From Escherichia coli (GTDB lineage: Bacteria > Pseudomonadota > Gammaproteobacteria > Enterobacterales > Enterobacteriaceae), in NCBI RefSeq assembly GCF_024502345.1, contig NZ_JALDNN010000001.1: a DNA stretch of 64,000 nucleotides; one strand, written 5' to 3'. The notes beneath the pieces were generated by a model. That model was not told the DNA's origin and made no database searches. It saw only the letters and a program-made list of their open reading frames with translations. Made by a program: the position numbers and the translations under genes. Shown here piece by piece: positions 28,642-43,161 of the stretch (position 1 is its first letter; the number at the start of each line of letters is the position of its first letter).

Positions 28642-30712
28642 TCTGGCCGCGATGCTGCGCCTGCCCGCAAACCTGAAATCGACACAATGGCAGATCCTTG
28701 CCGGACCGATTTTGATCCTGTTGATCTTGTCGATGATGGTGCTGCCACTGCCCGCATTCATACTCGACCTGTTGTTTACCTTCAATATTGCCTTGTCGAT
28801 CATGGTGTTGCTGGTGGCGATGTTTACCCAGCGCACGCTTGAGTTTGCTGCGTTTCCGACCATTCTGTTGTTTACTACGTTGTTGCGTCTGGCACTTAAC
28901 GTGGCTTCAACCCGTATCATTTTGATGGAAGGGCATACCGGCGCGGCGGCGGCAGGGAAGGTGGTCGAAGCGTTCGGTCACTTCCTCGTTGGTGGCAATT
29001 TCGCTATAGGTATCGTGGTGTTTGTCATTCTCGTGATCATCAACTTTATGGTCATTACCAAAGGTGCCGGGCGTATCGCAGAAGTGGGTGCGCGCTTTGT
29101 TCTCGATGGTATGCCGGGTAAGCAGATGGCGATTGACGCCGACCTTAACGCTGGATTGATTGGTGAAGATGAGGCGAAAAAACGCCGCTCCGAAGTGACT
29201 CAGGAAGCCGATTTTTACGGCTCAATGGACGGGGCAAGTAAGTTTGTTCGCGGCGATGCCATCGCCGGGATCCTCATCATGGTCATTAACGTTGTCGGCG
29301 GGTTGCTGGTCGGCGTGCTGCAACATGGCATGAGCATGGGACACGCGGCGGAAAGTTATACGCTATTGACCATTGGCGACGGTCTGGTGGCACAAATTCC
29401 GGCGCTGGTGATTTCTACCGCCGCGGGGGTCATCGTTACGCGTGTCAGCACCGATCAGGATGTTGGCGAGCAGATGGTGAATCAGCTTTTCAGTAACCCA
29501 AGCGTTATGTTGTTAAGCGCCGCCGTGCTCGGTTTACTCGGCCTGGTGCCTGGAATGCCGAACCTGGTATTTTTGCTGTTCACGGCGGGATTGCTCGGGC
29601 TGGCCTGGTGGATACGCGGGCGCGAACAAAAAGCGCCTGCCGAACCCAAACCGGTAAAAATGGCAGAAAATAATGCTGTAGTCGAAGCAACGTGGAATGA
29701 TGTGCAGCTGGAAGATTCCCTGGGAATGGAAGTAGGCTATCGGCTGATCCCGATGGTCGATTTCCAGCAGGATGGTGAGTTGTTGGGCCGTATACGCAGT
29801 ATCCGCAAGAAATTTGCCCAGGAGATGGGATTTCTGCCGCCAGTGGTGCACATTCGCGACAATATGGATCTGCAACCTGCCCGCTATCGCATTTTGATGA
29901 AAGGCGTGGAGATAGGCAGTGGTGATGCTTATCCGGGGCGCTGGCTGGCGATTAACCCTGGAACCGCTGCCGGGACGTTACCTGGTGAGGCGACCATCGA
30001 TCCGGCATTTGGCCTGAATGCTATCTGGATTGAAAGTGCGCTAAAAGAACAGGCGCAGATTCAGGGGTACACCGTGGTTGAGGCCAGCACGGTGGTGGCA
30101 ACGCATCTTAACCACCTCATTAGCCAGCATGCCGCAGAGCTGTTTGGTCGTCAGGAGGCGCAACAGCTGCTGGATCGCGTCGCCCAGGAGATGCCAAAGC
30201 TGACGGAAGATCTCGTTCCTAGCGTCGTCACGCTCACCACACTGCATAAAGTGCTGCAAAATCTCCTCGATGAAAAAGTACCGATTCGCGATATGCGCAC
30301 CATTCTCGAAACGCTGGTGGAACATGCGCCCATCCAAAGCGATCCGCATGAATTAACCGCCGTCGTGCGCGTAGCGTTGGGGCGAGCGATTACCCAGCAG
30401 TGGTTCCCCGGCAAAGATGAAGTCCATGTTATTGGCCTCGACACGCCGCTGGAACGTTTGTTATTGCAGGCGTTGCAGGGCGGGGGCGCACTGGAGCCAG
30501 GTCTGGCGGATCGTTTGCTGGCGCAAACTCAGGAAGCGCTATCCCGTCAGGAGATGCTGGGTGCGCCGCCAGTATTGTTGGTGAACCACGCGCTGCGACC
30601 ATTATTGTCTCGCTTCCTGCGCCGCAGCTTGCCGCAGTTAGTGGTTCTGTCGAATCTGGAACTGTCTGATAACCGACATATCCGTATGACAGCGACAATT
30701 GGCGGTAAATGA
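28634..30712 (+). CDS. flhA: Flagellar export apparatus protein FlhA
   Basis: Internal start MSNLAAMLRLP gives 692 aa; 8-nt overlap with flhB. Confidence 0.95.
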   Translation: MSNLAAMLRLPANLKSTQWQILAGPILILLILSMMVLPLPAFILDLLFTFNIALSIMVLLVAMFTQRTLEFAAFPTILLFTTLLRLALNVASTRIILMEGHTGAAAAGKVVEAFGHFLVGGNFAIGIVVFVILVIINFMVITKGAGRIAEVGARFVLDGMPGKQMAIDADLNAGLIGEDEAKKRRSEVTQEADFYGSMDGASKFVRGDAIAGILIMVINVVGGLLVGVLQHGMSMGHAAESYTLLTIGDGLVAQIPALVISTAAGVIVTRVSTDQDVGEQMVNQLFSNPSVMLLSAAVLGLLGLVPGMPNLVFLLFTAGLLGLAWWIRGREQKAPAEPKPVKMAENNAVVEATWNDVQLEDSLGMEVGYRLIPMVDFQQDGELLGRIRSIRKKFAQEMGFLPPVVHIRDNMDLQPARYRILMKGVEIGSGDAYPGRWLAINPGTAAGTLPGEATIDPAFGLNAIWIESALKEQAQIQGYTVVEASTVVATHLNHLISQHAAELFGRQEAQQLLDRVAQEMPKLTEDLVPSVVTLTTLHKVLQNLLDEKVPIRDMRTILETLVEHAPIQSDPHELTAVVRVALGRAITQQWFPGKDEVHVIGLDTPLERLLLQALQGGGALEPGLADRLLAQTQEALSRQEMLGAPPVLLVNHALRPLLSRFLRRSLPQLVVLSNLELSDNRHIRMTATIGGK

Positions 30713-31104
30713 TGAGAACCTTATTAGCAATATTATTGTTTCCGCTGCTGGTGCAAGCCGCCGGGGAGGGGATGTGGCAGGCAAGTAGTGTAGGAATTAC
30801 GCTAAATCATCGCGGTGAGTCGATGTCGTCTGCACCTCTTTCTACGCGACAACCTGCTTCAGGATTGATGACGCTGGTGGCGTGGCGGTATCAGCTTATC
30901 GGCCCGACACCTGCAGGACTGCGGGTTCGCTTGTGTTCGCAATCTCGTTGTGTCGAATTAGAGGGGCAGAGCGGAACCACCGTGGCCTTTTCCGGTATAG
31001 CGGCAGCAGAACCGTTGCGCTTTATCTGGGAAGTGCCTGGCGGTGGGCGGTTAATTCCGTCGCTGAAAGTACAACGTAATGAAGTGATTGTGAATTATCG
31101 CTGA
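30712..31104 (+). CDS. flhE: Flagellar protein FlhE
   Basis: 130 aa with signal peptide; ATGATG at 30709-30714 overlaps the flhA stop. Confidence 0.9.
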   Translation: MRTLLAILLFPLLVQAAGEGMWQASSVGITLNHRGESMSSAPLSTRQPASGLMTLVAWRYQLIGPTPAGLRVRLCSQSRCVELEGQSGTTVAFSGIAAAEPLRFIWEVPGGGRLIPSLKVQRNEVIVNYR

Positions 31105-31161
31105 AGGACAAAAAAAATTACGCGCTCGCGAGTATGTTTAATGACTCAGTGAAAAAGGCTG

Positions 31162-31209
31162 GATGTTTTGTTGCATTCATTTATCAGGAATAGCTTGCAA
31201 CAAAACATG
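31162..31209. terminator. Long hairpin between convergent flhE and yecT (putative bidirectional terminator)
   Basis: 13-bp perfect inverted repeat atgttttgttgca / tgcaacaaaacat with a 20-nt loop. Confidence 0.5.
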
Positions 31210-31224
31210 CCAAAAATATGTGAA

Positions 31225-31713
31225 TTATCCTCTTGTCAAAGGGCTTGGATAAAAATCTTCAGAGTTACGGTATAGCTGCAACTGGCGAGTTCGCGTATTG
31301 GTCTGTATGATCATACATGATAGCCATTCTGATTCAGAATAAGGGTCACTTAAATCCTGAACATCCTCATTTGAAAGGATTAATTCACATTCTTTGTCCC
31401 TAAAATCCAGCCAGGCTCGTTGTGATTTTTTAAGCAAGTTAAGTTGTTCGGTATCAGGTTTTTTTGCACCTGTGCGTGGCACTTGTTCTATATAACGATA
31501 AGCTTCACCATAAGCTTTATTTAATTGCGCATCGACGAGGTTGTATTCTTGTCGCAGACATGATTTGATCACGTTAATGTCAGTATCATCATCTGAATTT
31601 TTTTGCCAACAATCTTTGATGGCTGAAATGTCATGATCATTTACTATAACCGTATCTTCTGCGTAAGCCTGGCAAGAGATAATGCCTAATGTTAATACAA
31701 GAAATTTAAACAC
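31225..31713 (-). CDS. yecT: DUF1311 (LprI-like) periplasmic protein YecT
   Basis: 162 aa with signal peptide; matches K-12 YecT. Confidence 0.85.
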   Translation of the reverse strand: MFKFLVLTLGIISCQAYAEDTVIVNDHDISAIKDCWQKNSDDDTDINVIKSCLRQEYNLVDAQLNKAYGEAYRYIEQVPRTGAKKPDTEQLNLLKKSQRAWLDFRDKECELILSNEDVQDLSDPYSESEWLSCMIIQTNTRTRQLQLYRNSEDFYPSPLTRG

Positions 31714-31889
31714 TGCGGTATTCCTTAAATTGAACCGTTATCGTTTTCCTGGGCCTGGATATTACGCTTCTGGCCTCTTACTCAACAGTGAGAAAACGAT
31801 GGCATGTCCGTTTTCAGAATACATTTAGATGGCAATAAAAAAGCCTGATCGGCTAACCCTGATCAGGCTTCACTCTCACGAAAAATCGA

Positions 31890-33623
31890 TTACATACGCT
31901 CTACAGTCTCAATACCCAGCGTATCCAGACCCAGCTTCAGCGTCTTCGCTGTCAGTTGTGCCAGTTTCAGACGGCTGTTACGCACTTCTTCGTTTTCTGC
32001 GCTGAGGATCGGGCAGTGCTCGTAGAAGCCAGAGAACAGACCGGCCAGATCGTACAGGTAAGCACACATTACATGCGGCATGCCTTCACGGGCAACCACG
32101 GTGAGGGTTTCTTCAAACTGCAGCAGGCGAGCTGCCAGTTGCGCTTCACGATCTTCACGGATGATAACCGGAGCTGCAGCCAGTTGCTCTTCGTTAATTT
32201 CTGCTTTACGGAACACGGACAATACACGCGTGTATGCATACTGCATGTATGGCGCGGTATTACCCTCAAACGCCAGCATGTTGTCCCAGTCGAAGATGTA
32301 GTCCGTGGTGCGGTTTTTGGAGAGATCCGCATATTTCACCGCACCAATACCAACCGCGTTAGCCAGTTTTTCCAGCTCGTCGGCTGGCATATCCGGGTTC
32401 TTTTCTGCCACCAGACGGCGTGCACGTTCCAGGGCTTCATCCAGCAGATCGGCCAGTTTCACTGTACCACCCGCGCGGGTTTTGAACGGTTTGCCGTCTT
32501 TACCCAGCATCATGCCGAACATGTGGTGTTCCAGCGGTACGGATTCCGGTACATAGCCTGCTTTACGGACGATCGCCCATGCCTGCATCAGGTGTTGATG
32601 CTGACGGGAGTCGATGTAATACAGCACGCGATCGGCATGCAGTGTTTCATAACGATATTTCGCACAGGCGATATCAGTGGTGGTGTAGAGATAGCCGCCA
32701 TCTTTCTTCTGAATGATCACGCCCATCGGTTCGCCTTCCTTGTTTTTAAACTCATCAAGGAATACGACGGTCGCCCCTTCGCTTTCTACTGCCAGACCTT
32801 TGGCTTTGAGATCCGCCACAATTCCTGGCAGCATTGGGTTGTAGAGGCTTTCGCCCATCACGTCATCACGGGTCAGCGTCACGTTGAGACGATCGTAAGT
32901 GATCTGGTTCTGCGTCATGGTGATGTCGACCAGTTTGCGCCACATCTCGCGGAAATATTCGTCACCGCTTTGCAGTTTTACCACGTAGTTACGTGCACGC
33001 TCGGCAAACTCTTCATCTTCGTCGTAATGTTTTTTCGCATCGCGGTAGAAACCTTCAAGGTCAGCCAGTTCCATTTCACCGGCGTTTTCCTGCTGCTGCT
33101 TTTCCAGCCATGCAATCAGCATACCGAACTGAGTGCCCCAGTCGCCGACGTGGTTTGCGCGAATCACTTTGTGACCGAGGAACTCCAGAGTACGCACTGC
33201 TGCGTCACCAATAATGGTAGAGCGCAGGTGACCGACGTGCATCTCTTTCGCCACGTTTGGCGCAGAGTAGTCAACCACAATGGTCTGTTTTTCTGGCGTA
33301 GCAACACCGAGACGATCGGACGCCAGCGCCTGCTGAACATGTTCAGCCAGGAATGCCGGATCAAGGAAAATGTTGATAAAGCCTGGACCGGCGATCTCAA
33401 CTTTGCTGGCGATACCGTTAAGATCCAGATGAGTCAGCACCTGCTCTGCTAATTGTCGCGGTGCCATACCCAGTTTTTTAGCAACTGCCATCATGCCGTT
33501 AGCCTGATAGTCGCCGAACTGAACTTTTGCTGACTGACGAACCTGCGGTTCGCAATCCGCAGGCGCGCCTGCCGCAATCATGGCCTGACGGACTTTTTCT
33601 GAGAGAAGAGCCTGAATATTCAC
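31890..33623 (-). CDS. argS: Arginine--tRNA ligase
   Basis: 577 aa; class I HIGH motif HVGHLR. Confidence 0.97.
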   Translation of the reverse strand: MNIQALLSEKVRQAMIAAGAPADCEPQVRQSAKVQFGDYQANGMMAVAKKLGMAPRQLAEQVLTHLDLNGIASKVEIAGPGFINIFLDPAFLAEHVQQALASDRLGVATPEKQTIVVDYSAPNVAKEMHVGHLRSTIIGDAAVRTLEFLGHKVIRANHVGDWGTQFGMLIAWLEKQQQENAGEMELADLEGFYRDAKKHYDEDEEFAERARNYVVKLQSGDEYFREMWRKLVDITMTQNQITYDRLNVTLTRDDVMGESLYNPMLPGIVADLKAKGLAVESEGATVVFLDEFKNKEGEPMGVIIQKKDGGYLYTTTDIACAKYRYETLHADRVLYYIDSRQHQHLMQAWAIVRKAGYVPESVPLEHHMFGMMLGKDGKPFKTRAGGTVKLADLLDEALERARRLVAEKNPDMPADELEKLANAVGIGAVKYADLSKNRTTDYIFDWDNMLAFEGNTAPYMQYAYTRVLSVFRKAEINEEQLAAAPVIIREDREAQLAARLLQFEETLTVVAREGMPHVMCAYLYDLAGLFSGFYEHCPILSAENEEVRNSRLKLAQLTAKTLKLGLDTLGIETVERM

Positions 33624-33838
33624 CGGAATACCTTACATTGATGAAGCGAGCAAAAATTGCCCGCACCAGTTAAAGAAATTAGGGCGGGAGTATACTGCAA
33701 ATGGCTGTTTTCGTCAGCAACGTGCGCGTGGCGTATTGCCGTTTTCACTATTGCATCAGAAGCGGCGTGAAATCAGCGGTTGGTTGGCGCAGGGCAACAG
33801 GGTAAATTAACGCTTTTACTGAAAGACGAAGAGTGATT

Positions 33839-34405
33839 ATGGCGAACTGGCAATCTATCGACGAGCTGCAGGATATTGCATCGGATTTACCGCGATTTAC
33901 CCACGCATTAGATGAACTTTCCCGCCGTCTGGGGTTGAATATCACTCCGCTGACTGCCGATCACATTTCTTTGCGTTGCCATCAAAACGCCACTGCTGAA
34001 CGCTGGCGTCGCGGGTTTGAACAGTGTGGCGAGCTTTTGTCAGAAAATATGATCAATGGCAGACCGATTTGTCTGTTTAAATTGCATGAACCGGTACAGG
34101 TTGCGCACTGGCAGTTTTCTATTGTGGAGCTACCGTGGCCCGGGGAAAAACGTTACCCACACGAAGGTTGGGAACATATTGAAATCGTTCTGCCGGGTGA
34201 TCCAGAAACGCTGAATGCCCGTGCGCTGGCATTGCTTTCTGATGAAGGACTCAGCCTACCGGGGATCTCAGTGAAAACCAGTTCGCCAAAAGGTGAGCAT
34301 GAGCGATTACCGAATCCGACGCTGGCGGTCACCGATGGCAAAACAACTATTAAGTTTCATCCATGGTCCATTGAAGAGATCGTTGCCAGCGAGCAGTCGG
34401 CGTAA
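33839..34405 (+). CDS. yecM: VOC-family protein YecM
   Basis: Start MANWQSIDELQD gives 188 aa. Confidence 0.9.
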   Translation: MANWQSIDELQDIASDLPRFTHALDELSRRLGLNITPLTADHISLRCHQNATAERWRRGFEQCGELLSENMINGRPICLFKLHEPVQVAHWQFSIVELPWPGEKRYPHEGWEHIEIVLPGDPETLNARALALLSDEGLSLPGISVKTSSPKGEHERLPNPTLAVTDGKTTIKFHPWSIEEIVASEQSA

Positions 34406-34409
34406 TTAA

Positions 34410-35165
<756 letters not shown>

Positions 35166-35551
35166 TTTTTACCGTTGCATCATGTCGCCCAATATGATGC
35201 TTGCTCGTACCAGGCCCCTGCAATTTCAACAGGGGCCTTTTTTTATCCCTGAGCAGTATAAAAAACGAACGATTACCGTGATCTGTTGAGCGGGTGACAG
35301 TGAACATAGCGTTGTGCTAAAAATATTTTATATATTCACATTAATTATGGGATTTAAATTACTAAAACTAATAAATATATATTCTAAATAGCAACTGGTT
35401 ATTCCTTAGCAATTAATGATTACATTGTAATAAATCATATTCTTTATCGATTATTTCAGGCAGTGTTGTGCCGAATTATGCAAGCGGTTAATTCGTTGTA
35501 TATTTAATTATACAATGATTTCGGTGTTCTGGAATTTAATTAGAGGAATCT

Positions 35552-36652
35552 ATGCGAGGGAAAAAACGCATTGGGTTATTGTTTTTGCTGATAGCGGTTG
35601 TGGTTGGTGGCGGCGGGTTATTGCTGGCGCAAAAAGCCTTACATAAAACGTCGGATACAGCATTTTGCCTTTCCTGCCACTCGATGAGTAAACCTTTTGA
35701 GGAATATCAGGGAACTGTCCACTTTTCGAACCAGAAAGGGATACGTGCGGAATGTGCCGATTGCCATATTCCAAAGTCAGGGATGGATTATTTATTTGCT
35801 AAATTAAAGGCATCTAAAGATATTTATCATGAATTTGTTAGCGGCAAAATAGACAGTGATGATAAGTTCGAAGCTCATCGCCAGGAAATGGCCGAAACAG
35901 TATGGAAAGAATTAAAGGCAACTGACTCTGCAACCTGCCGTAGTTGCCATTCTTTTGATGCTATGGATATAGCCTCGCAAAGTGAATCTGCGCAGAAAAT
36001 GCATAACAAAGCACAAAAGGGCGGCGAAACCTGTATCGATTGTCATAAAGGCATTGCCCATTTTCCGCCAGAAATAAAAATGGATGACAACGCGGCGCAT
36101 GAGCTGGAAAGTCAGGCCGCTACTTCAGTGACTAATGGCGCACATATTTATCCTTTCAAAACTTCTCGCATAGGCGAGCTGGCTACCGTGAATCCTGGTA
36201 CCGATCTCACCGTCGTTGATGCCAGTGGCAAACAGCCGATCGTTCTGTTGCAGGGTTATCAAATGCAGGGCAGTGAAAACACGCTCTACCTGGCGGCAGG
36301 TCAACGGCTGGCGCTAGCCACATTAAGTGAAGAAGGTATCAAGGCGCTCACGGTAAACGGGGAATGGCAGGCTGACGAATACGGCAATCAATGGCGTCAG
36401 GCGTCTTTACAGGGTGCGCTTACCGATCCCGCATTAGCGGACCGTAAACCGCTATGGCAATACGCTGAAAAACTTGACGATACCTATTGCGCTGGTTGTC
36501 ATGCCCCTATTGCCGCCGACCATTACACCGTCAATGCGTGGCCTTCCATTGCCAAAGGAATGGGGGCACGAACCAGCATGAGCGAAAACGAACTGGACAT
36601 TTTAACGCGGTATTTCCAGTACAACGCCAAAGATATTACCGAGAAACAGTGA
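35552..36652 (+). CDS. torY: NapC/NirT-family multihaem c-type cytochrome TorY
   Basis: 366 aa; several CxxCH haem motifs (CLSCH, CADCH, CRSCH, CIDCH, CAGCH). Confidence 0.94.
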   Translation: MRGKKRIGLLFLLIAVVVGGGGLLLAQKALHKTSDTAFCLSCHSMSKPFEEYQGTVHFSNQKGIRAECADCHIPKSGMDYLFAKLKASKDIYHEFVSGKIDSDDKFEAHRQEMAETVWKELKATDSATCRSCHSFDAMDIASQSESAQKMHNKAQKGGETCIDCHKGIAHFPPEIKMDDNAAHELESQAATSVTNGAHIYPFKTSRIGELATVNPGTDLTVVDASGKQPIVLLQGYQMQGSENTLYLAAGQRLALATLSEEGIKALTVNGEWQADEYGNQWRQASLQGALTDPALADRKPLWQYAEKLDDTYCAGCHAPIAADHYTVNAWPSIAKGMGARTSMSENELDILTRYFQYNAKDITEKQ

Positions 36653-36676
36653 TCCTCGTTGATCAGGGAGGAAGTT

Positions 36677-39106
36677 ATGACATTAACAAGACGTGAATTT
36701 ATTAAACACAGCGGTATTGCCGCTGGAGCGCTGGTGGTGACATCGGCAGCACCGCTACCCGCATGGGCAGAAGAGAAGGGCGGTAAAATCCTCACCGCGG
36801 GACGTTGGGGAGCGATGAACGTAGAAGTGAAGGACGGCAAGATTGTTTCTTCGACAGGTGCGCTGGCGAAAACCATACCGAACTCCTTACAGTCTACGGC
36901 GGCGGATCAGGTACACACCACGGCGCGTATTCAGCATCCGATGGTGAGAAAAAGCTATCTCGATAATCCACTGCAACCGACGAAAGGTCGTGGCGAAGAT
37001 ACCTATGTACAGGTGAGCTGGGAACAAGCATTAAAACTGATTCATGAGCAACACGATCGCATTCGCAAAGCTAACGGACCATCGGCTATTTTTGCCGGAT
37101 CTTACGGCTGGCGCTCTTCTGGCGTGTTGCATAAAGCGCAAACGTTACTGCAACGTTATATGAACCTGGCAGGCGGTTATTCCGGGCATAGCGGCGATTA
37201 TTCAACCGGGGCAGCACAGGTGATCATGCCGCATGTGGTCGGTTCTGTAGAGGTGTATGAACAGCAGACCTCCTGGCCGCTGATTCTGGAAAACAGCCAG
37301 GTTGTGGTGCTGTGGGGGATGAACCCGCTGAATACCTTAAAAATTGCCTGGAGCAGTACCGATGAGCAAGGGCTGGAATACTTCCATCAGCTGAAAAAAT
37401 CTGGCAAACCAGTGATTGCCATTGATCCTATCCGCTCCGAAACCATCGAGTTCTTTGGCGATAATGCCACCTGGATCGCGCCGAATATGGGCACCGACGT
37501 GGCACTGATGTTAGGGATTGCGCATACCCTGATGACACAAGGCAAACACGATAAAGTGTTCCTTGAAAAATACACTACCGGGTATCCGCAGTTTGAAGAG
37601 TATCTGACAGGTAAGAGCGATAATACGCCGAAGAGCGCGGCCTGGGCGGCGGAAATTACTGGCGTACCGGAAGCGCAGATAGTCAAATTCGCTGAACTGA
37701 TGGCGGCGAATCGCACAATGCTGATGGCAGGCTGGGGAATTCAGCGCCAGCAATATGGTGAACAGAAACACTGGATGCTGGTGACGCTGGCGGCGATGTT
37801 AGGGCAGATTGGTACACCGGGCGGCGGTTTTGGTTTCTCTTATCATTACTCCAACGGTGGCAACCCGACGCGTGTTGGCGCCGTGCTGCCGGAAATGTCT
37901 GCGGCGATTGCCGGACAGGCCAGCGAGGCCGCTGATGATGGCGGAATGACGGCGATTCCTGTTGCCCGTATCGTCGATGCGCTGGAAAATCCTGGCGGCA
38001 AATATCAGCATAACGGTAAAGAACAAACGTATCCGAATATCAAAATGATCTGGTGGGCGGGTGGCGGTAACTTTACCCATCACCAGGATACTAATCGTCT
38101 GATCAAAGCATGGCAGAAACCGGAGATGATCGTCGTTTCTGAATGCTACTGGACTGCAGCTGCTAAACATGCAGATATCGTATTACCGATCACCACATCG
38201 TTTGAGCGCAATGACTTGACGATGACCGGTGATTACAGCAACCAGCATATTGTGCCGATGAAGCAGGCTGTCGCTCCGCAATTTGAAGCGCGTAACGATT
38301 TTGACGTGTTTGCCGATCTTGCTGAATTACTGAAACCTGGCGGAAAAGAGATCTATACCGAAGGTAAAGATGAAATGGCGTGGCTGAAATTTTTCTATGA
38401 TGCCGCTCAGAAAGGTGCCCGTGCGCAACGCGTCACTATGCCAATGTTTAATGCCTTCTGGCAGCAAAATAAACTGATCGAAATGCGCCGCAGCGAGAAG
38501 AACGAACAGTATGTTCGTTATGGTGATTTCCGCGCCGATCCGGTGAAAAATGCGCTGGGTACGCCAAGCGGCAAAATTGAGATTTACTCCAAAACGCTGG
38601 AAAAATTTGGCTATAAGGATTGCCCGGCACACCCGACTTGGCTTGCGCCTGATGAGTGGAAGGGTACCGCCGACGAGAAGCAGTTACAGCTTCTGACCGC
38701 ACATCCGGCACACCGTTTACACAGTCAGCTTAACTATGCGGAACTCCGTAATAAATATGCGGTTGCCGATCGTGAACCGATCACTATTCACACCGAAGAT
38801 GCTGCACGCTTTGGTATTGCGAATGGCGATCTGGTGCGTGTCTGGAACAAACGTGGTCAGATTTTGACAGGCGCGGTGGTGACTGACGGGATCAAAAAAG
38901 GCGTGGTATGCGTGCATGAAGGTGCATGGCCAGATCTGGAAAATGGCTTGTGTAAAAACGGCAGTGCGAACGTGTTAACGGCGGATATCCCCAGCTCGCA
39001 GCTGGCAAATGCCTGTGCCGGTAACTCTGCGCTGGTGTATATCGAAAAATATACGGGTAACGCACCGAAGTTAACGGCGTTTGATCAGCCAGCTGTTCAG
39101 GCATAA
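36677..39106 (+). CDS. torZ: Molybdoenzyme TMAO/N-oxide reductase TorZ (BisZ)
   Basis: Start [13 protein letters not shown] (Tat motif) gives 809 aa. Confidence 0.95.
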   Translation: MTLTRREFIKHSGIAAGALVVTSAAPLPAWAEEKGGKILTAGRWGAMNVEVKDGKIVSSTGALAKTIPNSLQSTAADQVHTTARIQHPMVRKSYLDNPLQPTKGRGEDTYVQVSWEQALKLIHEQHDRIRKANGPSAIFAGSYGWRSSGVLHKAQTLLQRYMNLAGGYSGHSGDYSTGAAQVIMPHVVGSVEVYEQQTSWPLILENSQVVVLWGMNPLNTLKIAWSSTDEQGLEYFHQLKKSGKPVIAIDPIRSETIEFFGDNATWIAPNMGTDVALMLGIAHTLMTQGKHDKVFLEKYTTGYPQFEEYLTGKSDNTPKSAAWAAEITGVPEAQIVKFAELMAANRTMLMAGWGIQRQQYGEQKHWMLVTLAAMLGQIGTPGGGFGFSYHYSNGGNPTRVGAVLPEMSAAIAGQASEAADDGGMTAIPVARIVDALENPGGKYQHNGKEQTYPNIKMIWWAGGGNFTHHQDTNRLIKAWQKPEMIVVSECYWTAAAKHADIVLPITTSFERNDLTMTGDYSNQHIVPMKQAVAPQFEARNDFDVFADLAELLKPGGKEIYTEGKDEMAWLKFFYDAAQKGARAQRVTMPMFNAFWQQNKLIEMRRSEKNEQYVRYGDFRADPVKNALGTPSGKIEIYSKTLEKFGYKDCPAHPTWLAPDEWKGTADEKQLQLLTAHPAHRLHSQLNYAELRNKYAVADREPITIHTEDAARFGIANGDLVRVWNKRGQILTGAVVTDGIKKGVVCVHEGAWPDLENGLCKNGSANVLTADIPSSQLANACAGNSALVYIEKYTGNAPKLTAFDQPAVQA

Positions 39107-39157
39107 GACGTGAAAAGCGCCCGGAAACGGGCGCTGAGGTTATGCAAACATAAAGCT

Positions 39158-39262
39158 GCCTGATGCGCTATGCTTATCAGGCCTACATAGTCCCTGCAAT
39201 ATATTGAATTAGCAAGGTTTTGTAGGCCGGATAAGGCGTTCACGCCGCATCCGGCAGTAATA
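39158..39262. repeat. REP/BIME cluster
   Basis: gcctgatgcgctatgcttatcaggcctac and tgtaggccggataaggcgttcacgccgcatccggca units. Confidence 0.8.
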
Positions 39263-39270
39263 CCAGACCT

Positions 39271-41418
<2,148 letters not shown>

Positions 41419-41470
41419 ACAAACTCCCTTTAAAATGGCCGATGGCACCTGTCTATGATAGGTGGCAAAT

Positions 41471-42289
41471 TCAGAAAAGAGAAGATTGCTGTGGAATAGC
41501 CGGAACTGCTCCGATCTCTGGAAGCGTTTTACGTAAGTCTTCCCACAGGGTATGTACCAGTTCCGGGGCCTGGGCAATATCTGGCGTATGTAAAAAAAGA
41601 TAAGGCGTAGTGGTCTGATGCCACTGCGCTAATTTTTGTAACCAGACCTGAAATAATTCCCGGTTTTGCGTCATATCATCACTACCGATAAAACGGATCA
41701 GCGGATTTGTCGCCGTCAGTACAGCATGTACCGGAACTTTAGGTTTTTTTCGTTGAGCGTCGCGAATAGCTTCACTGTGTGGACGTGCTGCATGAACCGG
41801 GCGGCTGTCTAAAATCACCCGATTAACGCCGCGCTGATGTAAACCGCGATTAAGCGTTTGTTCCTCTTCCCCTTTGGCGAAAAACTGTGGATGGCGGACT
41901 TCCACACCATAATTAAATTCGCCAGGGAGAGAATCGAGAAAATGCCAAAGCGCAGGCAGCTCCCGTGGGCCGAATGTGGCAGGCAGTTGCAGCCAGTATT
42001 GCCCAATGCGCGGAGCCAACGGTGACATGCGGGTCAAAAATTCAGTCACTAAATCATCGCAATGTCGTAATGCTGCCTGATGCGAAATGGTCGCCGGAAA
42101 CTTAAAACAGAAGCGGAAGTCATCTGTGGTCTGTTCACGCCAGCGCAGGACAACCTCGGGTTTCGGCAGGGCGTAAAGCGTGGTGTTGCCCTCCACGCAG
42201 TTAAAGTGGCGGGCATACTCTTCAAGGCTGGTGATCCCCAACCGCACCCATTTAGGATGCGACCATTGCGGTAGACCGATGTAAATCAT
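41471..42289 (-). CDS. yecE: DUF72 protein YecE
   Basis: 272 aa. Confidence 0.9.
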   Translation of the reverse strand: MIYIGLPQWSHPKWVRLGITSLEEYARHFNCVEGNTTLYALPKPEVVLRWREQTTDDFRFCFKFPATISHQAALRHCDDLVTEFLTRMSPLAPRIGQYWLQLPATFGPRELPALWHFLDSLPGEFNYGVEVRHPQFFAKGEEEQTLNRGLHQRGVNRVILDSRPVHAARPHSEAIRDAQRKKPKVPVHAVLTATNPLIRFIGSDDMTQNRELFQVWLQKLAQWHQTTTPYLFLHTPDIAQAPELVHTLWEDLRKTLPEIGAVPAIPQQSSLF

Positions 42290-42852
42290 AACGCGTGAAG
42301 GATCTCTTCCACGCTACGCACACGGGCGATGCGCGGGTAGATATGATTAATGCTGTTATTGTGTTGCTCGGCGCTGGCGGCACTACAGGCGTCTTCGGCA
42401 ATCACCAGATTAAAGCCAAGTTCCCAGGCATTGCGGGCGGTGGATTCAACACCGATATTGGTCGAGATCCCACATAACACTATTGTATCGATACCTCGGC
42501 GGCGTAATTGCAACTCCAGATCCGTACCGTAAAACGCACCCCACTGACGTTTGATGATTTCGATATCACTGTCAGTTGCACCTAATGCAGCTGGATGTTG
42601 CCACCAGTTTTCGGGCAACACTTTAGCGGGGGAGGGGGCATCAACCGGCTGTTTTAATGCTTCGGCGTAATCGGCAGACCAGCCAACTCGCACCAGAAAC
42701 ACGGGCTGACCGCTGGCGCGAAATTTCGCCGCCAGCTTCCCGGCGCGATTAACTACCTCATCGGCAGTATATGGACCACCGGCAAAAGGTAAGATGCCTT
42801 CTTGTAAATCGATCACCACCAGCGCAGTGGTTTTAGCATTAAGTTCAAGCAT
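42286..42852 (-). CDS. yecD: Isochorismatase-family hydrolase YecD
   Basis: Internal start [13 protein letters not shown] gives 188 aa. Confidence 0.9.
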   Translation of the reverse strand: MLELNAKTTALVVIDLQEGILPFAGGPYTADEVVNRAGKLAAKFRASGQPVFLVRVGWSADYAEALKQPVDAPSPAKVLPENWWQHPAALGATDSDIEIIKRQWGAFYGTDLELQLRRRGIDTIVLCGISTNIGVESTARNAWELGFNLVIAEDACSAASAEQHNNSINHIYPRIARVRSVEEILHAL

Positions 42853-43161
42853 AATGACTCCTGAAAAAACAAAATCGTGCCTCACACCTTAATGCGATTA
42901 GCCGATGGCGGAACGACAAATTTTGTTAATTTTTATGAGTTCGGGCAACACCTTTATAGCAAACTGGCGTAGAGTCTGATTTCAGGCCCGATATAAAGTG
43001 GTAACGAGGCGTTCCAGCGCGGGCCAGGCTCTTACGGTGCGGCAGAATTTCCAGTATAATAGCCGCCTTTTTTCATTCAGTTGTGACATACAGCTAACGC
43101 TGCGACTTGGTCACCTGCGCAGCAGGGGGCATCCGCCGGCAGCTAAGTTAAGGGATATCTC

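Noticed and set aside
28063-28920. 285-aa minus-strand ORF
   Set aside because: Antisense across the flhB/flhA junction.
31956-33452. 498-aa track ORF on the plus strand
   Set aside because: Lies entirely antisense within argS, whose product is unambiguous; no RBS or recognisable protein features.
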